A DNA stretch of 64,000 nt from Eledone cirrhosa (Eukaryota): the NCBI GenBank assembly GCA_964016885.1, contig OZ024743.1, positions 191,456,001 to 191,520,000 of the forward strand, written 5' to 3'. The notes under the pieces were generated by a model. The model made no database searches, was not told where the DNA came from, and saw nothing but the letters and a program-made list of their open reading frames with translations. Shown here piece after piece: positions 28,478 to 39,035 of the stretch (the stretch's first letter is position 1; every line of letters starts with the position of its first letter). The position numbers and the translations under genes were made by a program.

Positions 28478-28723
28478 CATACATACATACATACATACAT
28501 ACATACATACATACATACATACATACATACATACATACATACATACATACGCACGCACGCACGCACACACGCAAACACAGAGATTTGCATATGTATTTAC
28601 ATAGTTGATGTCTAGATTCCTGTGAAGGAGTCTTATTTCTATGTTAGAAACCGACACTCCATAGGTGAAAATTTATAAAATAATGACTTCTTGTATAGGC
28701 ACAAAGCCAGGAAGATTTATAAA

Positions 28724-28910
28724 ATAATTGTTTCCACTTTTGGCACAAAGCCAGCAATTACCCAGTGCATTACTGGTACTTTATTTTATCGACCCCGTAA
28801 GGATGAAAGGCAAAGTTAACCTCGGCGGGATTTGAACACAGAATGGCAAGGGCCGTAGCTCTATGCGTCAAAGCATGGCGTCCGACGTTCTACCGACACT
28901 GCCAATCCAC
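28724..28910 (-). mobile_element. SINE (main family) with TSD atttataaaataat
   Basis: Full core. Direct repeat at about 28714 and 28911. Confidence 0.88.
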
Positions 28911-28936
28911 ATTTATAAAATAATATAACCATATAT

Positions 28937-28980
28937 GATGGCTGCCCCCTCGTTATCGAGTATGGCCATTGCACGAGAAG
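28937..28980 (-). mobile_element. 3' terminus of type C RTE-related element
   Basis: Reverse complement ctcgtgcaatggccatactcgataacgagggggcagccatc matches 61654-61692. Confidence 0.85.
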
Positions 28981-29076
28981 AAAAAAAAAAATAAAAAAAT
29001 AAATAAATAAAAGATAAAATAAAATAAAATAAAATAATAATAATAGTAATAATAATAAATTAAAAAAAAAAAAAAG

Positions 29077-29147
<71 letters not shown>

Positions 29148-29150
29148 CAT

Positions 29151-29760
29151 GGTGGTTGCCAACTCGTTTTCGAGTACGGCCACTACTTTATATCCATGTA
29201 GGAGAACCCCTACCGATGCGCTGAACGAGTGTGACTTTTTAGTCCAGCCAGCGACTTGAAAACTCTGGTACAAACACTACACTTGTGACAATTATTGACA
29301 CATAGTGCTGGGCCCATGGTACCATGTGATGACAAGTGCAGAGAGATCTCCAGATATAAAGCAATGCCTGTGCCGTGAAGCTTTTATAGTGAGCAAAGGC
29401 ACTGCACAAAGCCAGTCCCACTCTCTTAACCAAGATGATATTTACCAAAAGGAAGAACAAGTCCACATCATTGGATACCATCAGGGTTGCAGGTTGTTAT
29501 ATCAGAGTTTTCCTTCTCCTAGAATTCTGCCTTGACAAAGGCTAAGGGGCCATCTCTCCCAGTGATTTTAGATGGCCATTGACTCTTAAGAGCTCCTTTG
29601 CCCTTTGACAGGTTTTGTTTTTAGTCCTGCAGGATGTCCAAAGTCACCCTCCTCACCAAGAAACCTTGGTGGAGTTGCCAGTTTAGTCACCTACGACCCG
29701 ACCATGGGACAGGTTGTACTGGGATACATGTTGCCAGTAGCACCAACTGGTGACCTGACA
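29151..29760 (-). mobile_element. Full-length type B bipartite RTE-derived element
   Basis: Aligns end to end with 24689-25291. Confidence 0.88.
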
Positions 29761-29936
29761 CATATACATATATACATATATACATACATATATACATACA
29801 AACATACATACACATACACACACACATATACACACACATACATTAATAACAATAATAATAATAATAATAATAACGACAACAACAATAATAATATACATAT
29901 TCATATATATATACACACACGCGCACGCACATAAGC

Positions 29937-29968
<32 letters not shown>

Positions 29969-29976
29969 GATAGCAA

Positions 29977-32900
29977 CTAACAGTGCTGCGATCGAATGTG
30001 GCTTTTTAGCCCAGCCAATGATCTAAAGTGTATTGCACAGAGTCGGCAACCAAAACATTCACTGGGAATAGTCGGCTGTGGTTGGAGTTCGTGTACTTTT
30101 GCATGTCGCTTGAGCCCTCCTGCTGATTTACATTCTCTACCACATGTTTGGCAAGCATGATGAGTAGCATCTCCAACAGCAGCCTGGTAGTCAACCACTG
30201 GTCTTACTTTATGACTGCGAAGATGACTTTCGAGTCCAGCTTTGCTTAGGCAGAGTCTCGCACAGACGCTGCATGTCAGCACCATAGGAGGACCCTCGCC
30301 GTCTGGAAGTACATCAGCAATGCCCTTCCTCACATCCCGCTTTACTTTGTCGTGTGCGATTCGAGATGCCACAAAGGCAACTTTTCCCTCATATACAGTC
30401 TTTCTCCATTTATTACGATCAGCAGCAAAAATTTCCCATGTATCAGCAGAGATGTTAGCGTCTTTCAGAGAGGCTTTCGAGGAATCCTTATACCTCTTTT
30501 TTGGTTTATGTGGCGGTCGTTTTCCTTTAACCAACTCTCCATAGAAGAGTTGTTTGGGTATTCTAGAATCCTTCATCCTGGCAAGGTGACCACTCCAACG
30601 GAGTCGTTGCTTAAGCACAAGAGCTTCTATACTGTCACTCATAGAGCTTTCCAAAATCTCGACATCACTGATGTGGTCCATCCAGTGAACGCCATGGATC
30701 CGTCTGAGACACATCTGATGGAAACGCTCCAATTGCTTAAGGTGGTGTCGATATGTGACCCAGGTCTCGCAGGCATAAAGAAGACAAGAGAGTACACATG
30801 CCCTGTACACCCTTACCTTTGTCCTCCTGCATATGTCTCGCCGACCCAGAGTCGCCTTTCTAGCTTTTCGAAAGCATCACTTGCTTTCCTAATCCTAAGT
30901 GAGATTTCACTGTCAAGGTTGCCGTATCGATTGACAGTGCTTCCCAGGTAGACAAACTGATCAACCACTCCAAGGCGTTTGCCATACACATAGATGTTTG
31001 GTTCAGTGTACTGCTTACTAGGGGCAGGTTGGTACATGACGACAGTTTTCTTGAGACTGACAGTCAAACCCAGGGCAGTGCAAGCGTCAGAAAATGCATT
31101 CAAAATGTGCTGCATATCACTCTCTGTGTGCGCTACAAGATCGCAATCATCTGCATACAAGAGGTCTCTTATGATTGATGTAAACACATTTGTCTTCGCA
31201 GCAAAGCGCCTGATGTTAAATATGCTGCCTGAGGTTCGATATCGGATGTAAACACCATGCTCGCAATTCCTGAATGCAATACAGAAAACCATTGCAAAGT
31301 ATATGGCAAACAGGGTCGGTGCTGGAATATCCCCCTGTTTCACTCCATTTTTTACTGAGATAGGCTCCGACATGTTACCTCCGACATTAACCCAAGCCTT
31401 CATGTCGTCATGGAAAGACCTAACTAAAGCAAGGAACTTATCAGGGCAACCATGTTTCTGGAGAACCTTCCATAATGCATCTCTGTTGACAGTATCGAAA
31501 GCCTTTGTCAGATCGACAAGAACCTGATACAGATCCAAGCCTTGTTCAATGCATTTCTCCTGGAGCTGTCTAGCTGAGAAGATCATATCAGTAGTGCCGC
31601 GTCCAGTACGAAAACCAGATTGACTTTCAGGAAGAACACAATCTGCAATGTGTGTCAGCAGACGGTCCAGAAGCACCCTACATAAAACTTTCCCTACGAC
31701 AGAAAGCAATGATATACCTCTGTAGTTCCCACAATCATTCCTGTTACCCTTTCCCTTGTACAAGACCACCATTATTGCATCTCTCCAGTCCTCTGGTACG
31801 GATTCATTAGCCCATATCCTTCCAAACAAAGAGTGCAGATGTTGCAGGAGTCTCTCACCACCATATTGTAGGAGCTCAGCATGTATGCTATCCATACCTG
31901 GAGATCTTCTACTGTTCAGTTTCGAAATAGCCACTGCAACCTCCACAAGCGTCGGAGGTTCTGCGAGAGCTACTTTCACAGGACTTTCTGGAATGAGATT
32001 GAGGAAATCTTCACTGACGACAGACGGCTTATTCAAAAGTTCATCAAAGTGCTCTCGCCACCTTCGTAGAATTCCCTGTGAGTCACGAAGAAGTTCTTTG
32101 CCATCCTTGCTGCGAAGCGGTGTCACCAGGGAAGAAGACGGTCCATAAACCTCACGCAAGAGACTGTACAACAGCTTTGTGTTATTGGAATCAGACGCAG
32201 TTTGTATCTCACCAGCCTTCTCACTCCACCACTGATCATTCATCTGAGAAAGACTCCGCCTAACACGTGATTTTACATCCCTGAGCTCCTCATGCAACGT
32301 ATTCCTCTCCTGTGGTTTTGCCGTCAAGTAACGTGACAGAGCACGCCTCTTATCAGCCAACAAGTCTTCTATATGTACATCATTCTCATTAAACCAGTCC
32401 TGATGTTTTCTCTGCACCAATCCCAGAACACGCCTGCCTACATCATAAACCGACTTTTTAAGGGTCGGCCAATCCTCACCAAGATCTGCAGCCTGCATCT
32501 CTTCTTCCAATGTCCTCTTCACATTTTTATCCTTAAGACGAGCAGCATTCAATCTTTTGGGCAGGGTAACACCAGGAGCCCGGATTTTACGTTTGGTGAT
32601 TAGTTTCACTTTTGCGCGTAACAGGCGGTGGTCCGTCCAGCACTCAGCTCCACGAAAAACACGAACACACTGCACATCCTGTCTGTCACGCATCCTGACT
32701 AGGACGTAGTCCAAAAGATTCCATTCCTTAGATGCAGGATGCATCCATGTGGTCTTGAATTTGTTCTTTTGTTGGAACATGGTGTTGGTAACACACAGAT
32801 CCAGATCCTCACACATCTGCAGCAGGAGCATACCATTGCTGTTACACCTTCCCACCCATGCCTTCCGATTACATTCCATGTGTTAAAATCCCTACCCACT

Positions 32901-33400
32901 CTAGCATTAAAGTCACCAAGCACGATGACTTTGTCTGCCTGAGGGATATTTCTTAGAACACCTTTCAAGGCATGGTAAAAGGACAGTTTTTCTTCATCGA
33001 CAGAATTCATAGTTGGAGCATACACACTCACCGGGGTAGCATATCTTATTTGTCCAGCGGAACTCTCATGGACATAAGACGCTCACTAATCCCTACTGGG
33101 AATTCTTCTAATTTATTCACAAGTACAGTCTTAACAGCAAATCCTACCCCAGCCTCTCTTCTGGTTCCTTCATCTTTTCCTTTCCAGAAGAATGTATATT
33201 CTCCACAAAATTCCGTAAGATGACCATCTCCAGATAACCTCGTCTCAGACAAAGCCACGATGTCAAGATCGTAACGTCGAAGCTCCTTTGCAACAAGAGC
33301 GGTCCTTCGTTCAGGACGCTCCAAGGAATCCCTGTCAAGCAGCGTCCGTACGTTCCAGCAGCCAAGACTAAATGTCTTGTTTGGCTCTATTACAATGGCA
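29977..33400 (-). pseudogene. RTE/BovB-clade LINE ORF (APE endonuclease, reverse transcriptase, three C2H2 fingers), frameshifted
   Basis: WNVRTL, ALSETR, GDFNARVG, TDHRL (APE). DLTKAFDTV, GVKQG, LLYADD (RT). LRWSGHLARM. C-terminal CxxC..GL.SH.R.H three times. Confidence 0.95.
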
Positions 33401-33856
33401 CGATGACGAGCGGGCCCAGGCTGTGATAACTTGGGGCCCCTGCCCTTATTGCCAATGATCTTTTTTTGTTCCAGAACCTAAATTGCCAATTATCTCTTTT
33501 ACATTGTTCTGGAACATCATTGAATTTGAAAAAAAAAAAAAAGTAATAATAATTATAGTAATAATAATAATAATAATAATGATTTCATTTATTAGCCACA
33601 AGGGCCGACATGTAGGGGACAATACAAAGACAGGGACAGTGGGGTTCACAATAAGGTCGAGTAAAAGTGCACAATGGCAAAACTAATTTAACAATGAAAA
33701 TATAAAAATATAAAATAAACTATACAAAATATAACAAAATAAATTCCCCGATAGGGGGTGGACGACCCTGGGGTGATTCGGGTACCACACCAATCCTGAA
33801 CCACCCTGCGCTTCTAGGGCACCCAGGAGAGCACCCCTCTCCTCAAGTTAGCTAGC

Positions 33857-36800
33857 CTATAGGCGCATGGTCAGAGTAGGCCCATTCACACGAGCCATTC
33901 TCGCCACATTCACCCACCTTTTAGCAAATGTACTGGGGGGCAGCACTTCTCTCTCCACCCTCACCCTCCTTTCCAGGTGAAACTTGAAGAAGTTGATGAG
34001 AGATTGACCGAAGAGAAAAGTGTCTGTCTTTAGTCCTTTCAACCTGGTCCACCATATAATCTCTTTCGCAACTGCCACCAGACAGAGGAAAATGTCCTGC
34101 TCTTCCTGACCTAAGGAAGGCGGCGGCTCGATCTTCACTATGGACTCGGCCGATAACCGGATTCGTTCCACACGCGACAGTAGCTGTTCGACATAACTCC
34201 ACAAGTCAGTAATGCACGGACATTTGACAAGTGCGTGCAGAACGGTTTCGTCGTTCTGTGCTCATCTTGGGCAGGTCCGTCTGACAGCACTTCCGTGCCT
34301 GTAGAGTTTATCCCGAACCGGCAGTGCCCCCCGGTAGCACTGCCAAGCGAGGGATTTCTGGAAATTGTCCATCGTCCCCGGCTCAAAAGTCCTCCGGTAC
34401 AGACTGGTCAGTTCGACTTCGTCGAGGCCCAAAGCTTCTCCGAGTGCGTCATCGCACTTGCCCACCACTAATCCTCTATAGAACTCGAGAGTGGAAGTTC
34501 CACTGATCGCATTGCCCGCTTGGTAGAGGGCAGTGAGTGCCTGGCAACATTCCAGGTGCCAGTCACCCAGTCTCGGTCTCTTCTTGACCCAGGACTGCAG
34601 CTCAGTCAAAGAAATGAGCTGCGGAAAGGCCCGTCTGATAAACGGCGACCATACCTGTTCACCATTGAGACAGAATATCTGGAGATGTCGCAGCCTCAAC
34701 GCATGTCTGCGCATCATTAGCCACGGCATGCCCAGCCCTCCGCGTAGAGGGTGCTGGCAGCAGATGGACCGCCTCACCAACGGAACTTGTCCCCTCCACA
34801 AGAATTTGAAGAGGAGCCGTTCCAACTTGACGAGGCGCGGACGGGGGCAAGGCACGACGGTTAGGAGGTAATAGATGACGGACGCGATGTACGCATTCGC
34901 TACCTCCGCGCGACCTTTCAGTGATAGCTTCCTCCCAGCCCATTTTTAGGTGAGACTGGCTACTCTGCTCGTTACCTCGTCACAATTCTTTTCCACCTGG
35001 AGGTCTGGTCCGAACCAAACCCCAAGCAACTTTACTGGTCCGTCCGTCCAGCGCCCCACGACGCTGTTGGACGGCATGGGCTTGCCTTTCCAGGTTCCGA
35101 GCTGCAAGCCCACCGACTTTTCCGGGTTAAGTTTGGCTCCTGTCAACCTTTCATATTCCTTCAATAAGGTGCCGCCCACCTCGATTTCTGAGGTGTTCGA
35201 CACCATCACGGTGATGTCGTCCGCATAAGCCGACACCGCCTTTCCACGTCCCGGTTCGAGCGGGATGCCCTGCAACAGCTCCAGCTTCCGCAGTAAGGGA
35301 AGAGAGAGGGCACCCTTGACGGACCAATCGGGAGAGCCGAAATGGTTCCGAGAGGTGGCCATTAACCTTGACCACCGAGCGTGTGCCGCTGTGCATTGCA
35401 ACGATCCAGCTTCTAAAGACAGGGCCGAAGCCAGCTGCTTTGAGGACAAAATCCAGATACCGATGGTCGACCCTATCGAATGCTTTCGATTGATCTAAAT
35501 TGATGAGTGCCCCACCGAAGCCAGGTTTACACCCTACCCTCTCTATGATGTATCGCATGAGGTGGAGATTGTCGTGTATGGACCTGGCTGGGATTGCGCA
35601 GGTTTGCGCCTCCCCAACCAAATCCTCGACGACAAGCGCCAATCTCTTTGCTAACACCTTGGCCAAAATCTTAAACTCTGTTTTGAGCAGAGTTATGGGC
35701 CTGAAGTTGTCTAATGTATCCCTCTTGTTCTCGTCTTTCCTTATCAGCGTCACCACTCCCCTGCTCACAGAACTGGGAATACTCCCATTCTGCTGCCAGT
35801 TACAGTAGAGTGCTTCGAGGAGTTCGGAGAACAAGTCTGGCATATTTACGTAAAGCTCGTAGGGCAGGCCATCCAAACCGGGTGACTTGCGCCTCATGCA
35901 GCCGACAAGGGCGTCCTGAATTTCGGCTGAAGTAATCGGCCTTTCGCAGCGCTCAGCGTCGACCGTCGAGATGCGCGGCAAGCCGTCAAGGTAGGGACTG
36001 AAATCCGCTACTCTCTCTGACTCGCCACTCTCCCCGAACAACCGAGCAAAGTGCTGGCGAAAGGCCTCACACATCCGCTTGGAATCGCTTATCTCGTGTC
36101 CGTCTCGGTCCGCCAAAGACCGAATTGTGGTTTTATTACCACGCTGCGCCTCCGCCACGCGGGCCGATCGAACAGCTTTAGTTCCCTCGTTTCTCAGCGC
36201 ACGCGCCTTAGCTCTGACAATGCAACCTTCGTGTTTGGCATTGAAGAAATGGTCTAATGCCATTCTCGCCGCTAGCACGTCAGTTGCGATGCCACTACAA
36301 ATAGCCTCGTCTAACTTATCTACCAGCTCCCCCTCCTTTCTATTTTTCTCTAACGCTAGTTCTTTGCTGAACTCTATCGAAGTTACTCTAATCTCTCTTT
36401 TGAGAGCCCCCCACCATCTGTTGTTGATGATCCCTCCTGTCAACTTTTCCTTAACTAACTTATTGACTCGGTCCCTGTAAGCCTTACGTGCCGGAAATGA
36501 CATGTTCAGCTTCCGGTAACCCGGTCCTAACCTACGCGTTTTATTTAGGTCGACCGTACAGATCACAAATTTGTGATCTGAATAGGCGACCGTTTTAAAA
36601 AGTGGACAGCCCACACTATTTCTGTCTATGTTCCTAATGAAGATTCTGTCTATATACGATCTAGATGACCCCATTCGGTTGGTCCATGTCCATACTGGCA
36701 CATTGGGGAAATCTAGTCAGACAGTTGGAACTGGCTGAGTAGGTGCTTGAGGCTTTTGCACCCCCCGTTCCTATCGGCTACTCCCACACAATCCCAGCGT

Positions 36801-37243
36801 GCGTCTAAGATGCCATTCCAGTCCCCCGCTAACAGTAAAGGGCGAGACGTACCCAGAAAGGTCTCCAGGCGCCTAAAGAAGTCAGGTCGTCCGGCCCCTG
36901 TAGGGGCGTAGACGACCAGCAGTCTAAAGGCACCACCTTTGCTACTGCTCACATCCAAGACCACCAACTTACCGTCCGGGTCCCGGAAGATCGACCTTAC
37001 CTCGAGATCCAGTCCTTTCCTAAACAGCACTGCCACCCCACCCCCCATTCCCGGCCTGCTAACAGATGCGAAGATCTGATAGTCGTCGAAAATGGGGGCT
37101 AGTGCACGCGTGTCGGAAATTCTGGTCTCGCTTACGGCAATCACATCCATTTCCAGCGACCGGAGGTCGTTGAGCAGGCGACCCTGCTTCCAGGGTGACC
37201 CCAGGACGCGAACATTTAAACTTCCTACTCTTAATATGGCCAT
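33857..37243 (-). pseudogene. Tx1/L1 ORF2 (APE, RT, C-terminal CCHC), disrupted by stops and frameshifts
   Basis: SLNVR, SETR, GDWN, SYIDR, SDHK; LDQSKAFDRVDH, RQGCPLS, AYADD; CPR....ETVLHALVKC. Confidence 0.93.
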
Positions 37244-37252
37244 ATTGGTAAG

Positions 37253-38467
37253 CTAAGAGAGAGAGAGGGAAGGTTTACTTACCTCCCGGGTCTTGTGAAG
37301 GTCGGGTGGTTCGACCTCCATGGTTGGTGGGGTTTCTTTTGGGAACCCCTTTAAAAGTCTTGATGTGGGTTTCACTTTCGGGTTTCCCACGTCTTGAGGA
37401 AAGCTCTCTCGAATTTCTTTGAAAGAATTGAGTGACATTCGGACCAGAAGCAAATCTTCTGGCACGCAAAATGTGCTCATTTCAAAAATCTCCCCCTCTG
37501 TTTGAATGTCCTCGCTTCGCGCTAAGAGGACCATCAGTTTATCGTTGGCCCTTCTGACAAGTACGAAGTTTTTAACATTTTCTTGGTGTGGTTTTATTTG
37601 TTTTCGTTTTGGTGAAGGTGGTGGCGATGGTTTTGGTGGTGTTGTTTTGGGTATGTCTATGTTTGTTGTAGGTGTGGTGTCTGCAATTTCAGGTATTTGT
37701 GTGTTTATTTGTACTTGTGTTTGTTTAGGTTGTTTGCGTTTCGGGGATTGTGGAGGTGGTGTCGATGTTGCTGATGGTGCTGATGTTATTGGGGAAGTGT
37801 CTGCGTTAGTGGTGTCTGTATTTTTTGTTGTGTGTGTTTTTGTGTTTTGTTGGGGCTTTTTTTTTGTGAGTTTTCTCTGTTTTTTTGCACTTTTGGGTTT
37901 TCCTTCATCTTCGCTGCTGGACGACAAAGGGTCTGTGTCTGTGAGTGTCTCTGTGTCTGTGTGTGCGTTTATTTTATTTTTTTGTCTATGTATATACATA
38001 GTTGGGGGGGTAGGGGGAGTGGGAGAGCTTTCCCCGTTTTCTCCTTGGATTGGTTTTGGTGTTGGTGGTGATCCGGCTGCTTTTGATATTGGTGTCCGTG
38101 TTTTTGTTGATGTTGTTTTTGGTGGTGGTGGTGGTGGTGGTGCAGCTTTCCGTGCTGACACTGGCGTTGGCAACAAAGGAGGTTTGCGACCCCCTGCATT
38201 TTTGCGCTGAGGGCAGAAGGCTTGAAGATGCGTGGCTTCCCCGCAAACGAAGCAGCGTGGCCTTCTTCCGTCAATCATTAGTTGGATTGTTGTCCCGTCC
38301 TGCAGGCGGGGAGAATCTGGGATGTTATTTATATCCTCCGGTTTCATTTGGAGAAGAATCTCCAAATCCATTCCGGACCAGTCTTCTCTCTCTGTCCTTT
38401 TGATGTCCAGGAGGGTGGTGTCTGTCCCCTCCTCGATTACGCATCCCAGCAGCCACCATATGTTCAT
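37253..38467 (-). CDS. Tx1 ORF1 (gag-like CCHC knuckle plus Pro/Thr/Lys-rich region), N-terminally truncated
   Basis: CFVCGEATHLQAFC. 404-aa open frame ending 9 nt before the ORF2 ATG. Confidence 0.85.
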   Translation of the reverse strand: MNIWWLLGCVIEEGTDTTLLDIKRTEREDWSGMDLEILLQMKPEDINNIPDSPRLQDGTTIQLMIDGRRPRCFVCGEATHLQAFCPQRKNAGGRKPPLLPTPVSARKAAPPPPPPPKTTSTKTRTPISKAAGSPPTPKPIQGENGESSPTPPTPPTMYIHRQKNKINAHTDTETLTDTDPLSSSSEDEGKPKSAKKQRKLTKKKPQQNTKTHTTKNTDTTNADTSPITSAPSATSTPPPQSPKRKQPKQTQVQINTQIPEIADTTPTTNIDIPKTTPPKPSPPPSPKRKQIKPHQENVKNFVLVRRANDKLMVLLARSEDIQTEGEIFEMSTFCVPEDLLLVRMSLNSFKEIRESFPQDVGNPKVKPTSRLLKGFPKETPPTMEVEPPDLHKTREVSKPSLSLS

Positions 38468-38488
38468 TCCTTAATAATAATAATAATA

Positions 38489-38793
38489 GTACACTATTAA
38501 TGATTATTAATGCACTCGTGCAATGCCTGTGCGTGACGAATATTTTTTAAGTGAGGAAAGACTGTGCACTGAGCCAATCCCACTCTCTGAGCGACAGTAG
38601 CTATAACCCGAAAAGAAGAAAAGATCAAGATCATCGGTAACTACTGAGCCGCAGGTTTTATATCGGAGTTAACCCAGTTTCCTGAGATGCCTTCTCCTAG
38701 AAGAATGCCCTGACAAGGGCTAGGGGTCCTTCACTCCCAGTGGTTTAACTGCGCGATCGGGCATCCAGCCCGATTATTTCTATGTCCCCGCGC
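38489..38793 (-). mobile_element. 5' part (RTE 5'UTR-like) of type C element
   Basis: Reverse complement aligns with 61354-61640. Confidence 0.88.
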
Positions 38794-38920
38794 AAAAAAA
38801 AACAAAAAAAAACTCACTTATTGACACTCATACGTACGACATACACACACACGCATACATATGCGCGCACACAGCAACACATACATACAAACAAACACAC
38901 ACACGCTACTCTACTCACTT

Positions 38921-38960
<40 letters not shown>

Positions 38961-39035
38961 TACCGTCATTACTGATACAAGATTACAAGATATATATAAC
39001 CATATATACATACATATATACATACATAGATAGAC

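Larger units (their letters stand above)
33581..38471 (-). mobile_element. Tx1-type (L1 clade) non-LTR retrotransposon, 5'-truncated in ORF1, inserted in (TAA)n
   Basis: Two ORFs. AATAAA lies just before the 3' end. (TAA)n on both flanks (33558-33580, 38472-38488). Confidence 0.93.

Noticed and set aside
24621-28560. Repeat-spacer alternation resembling a CRISPR array
   Set aside because: Repeats are variable-length CATA microsatellites and spacers are retroelements. Eukaryotic context with no cas genes.
29977-30810. Host C2H2 zinc-finger gene
   Set aside because: It is the frameshifted C-terminus of the RTE ORF (LRWSGHLARM motif, contiguous with the RT)
37506-38210. 234-aa plus-strand ORF
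   Set aside because: Antisense shadow of low-complexity Tx1 ORF1
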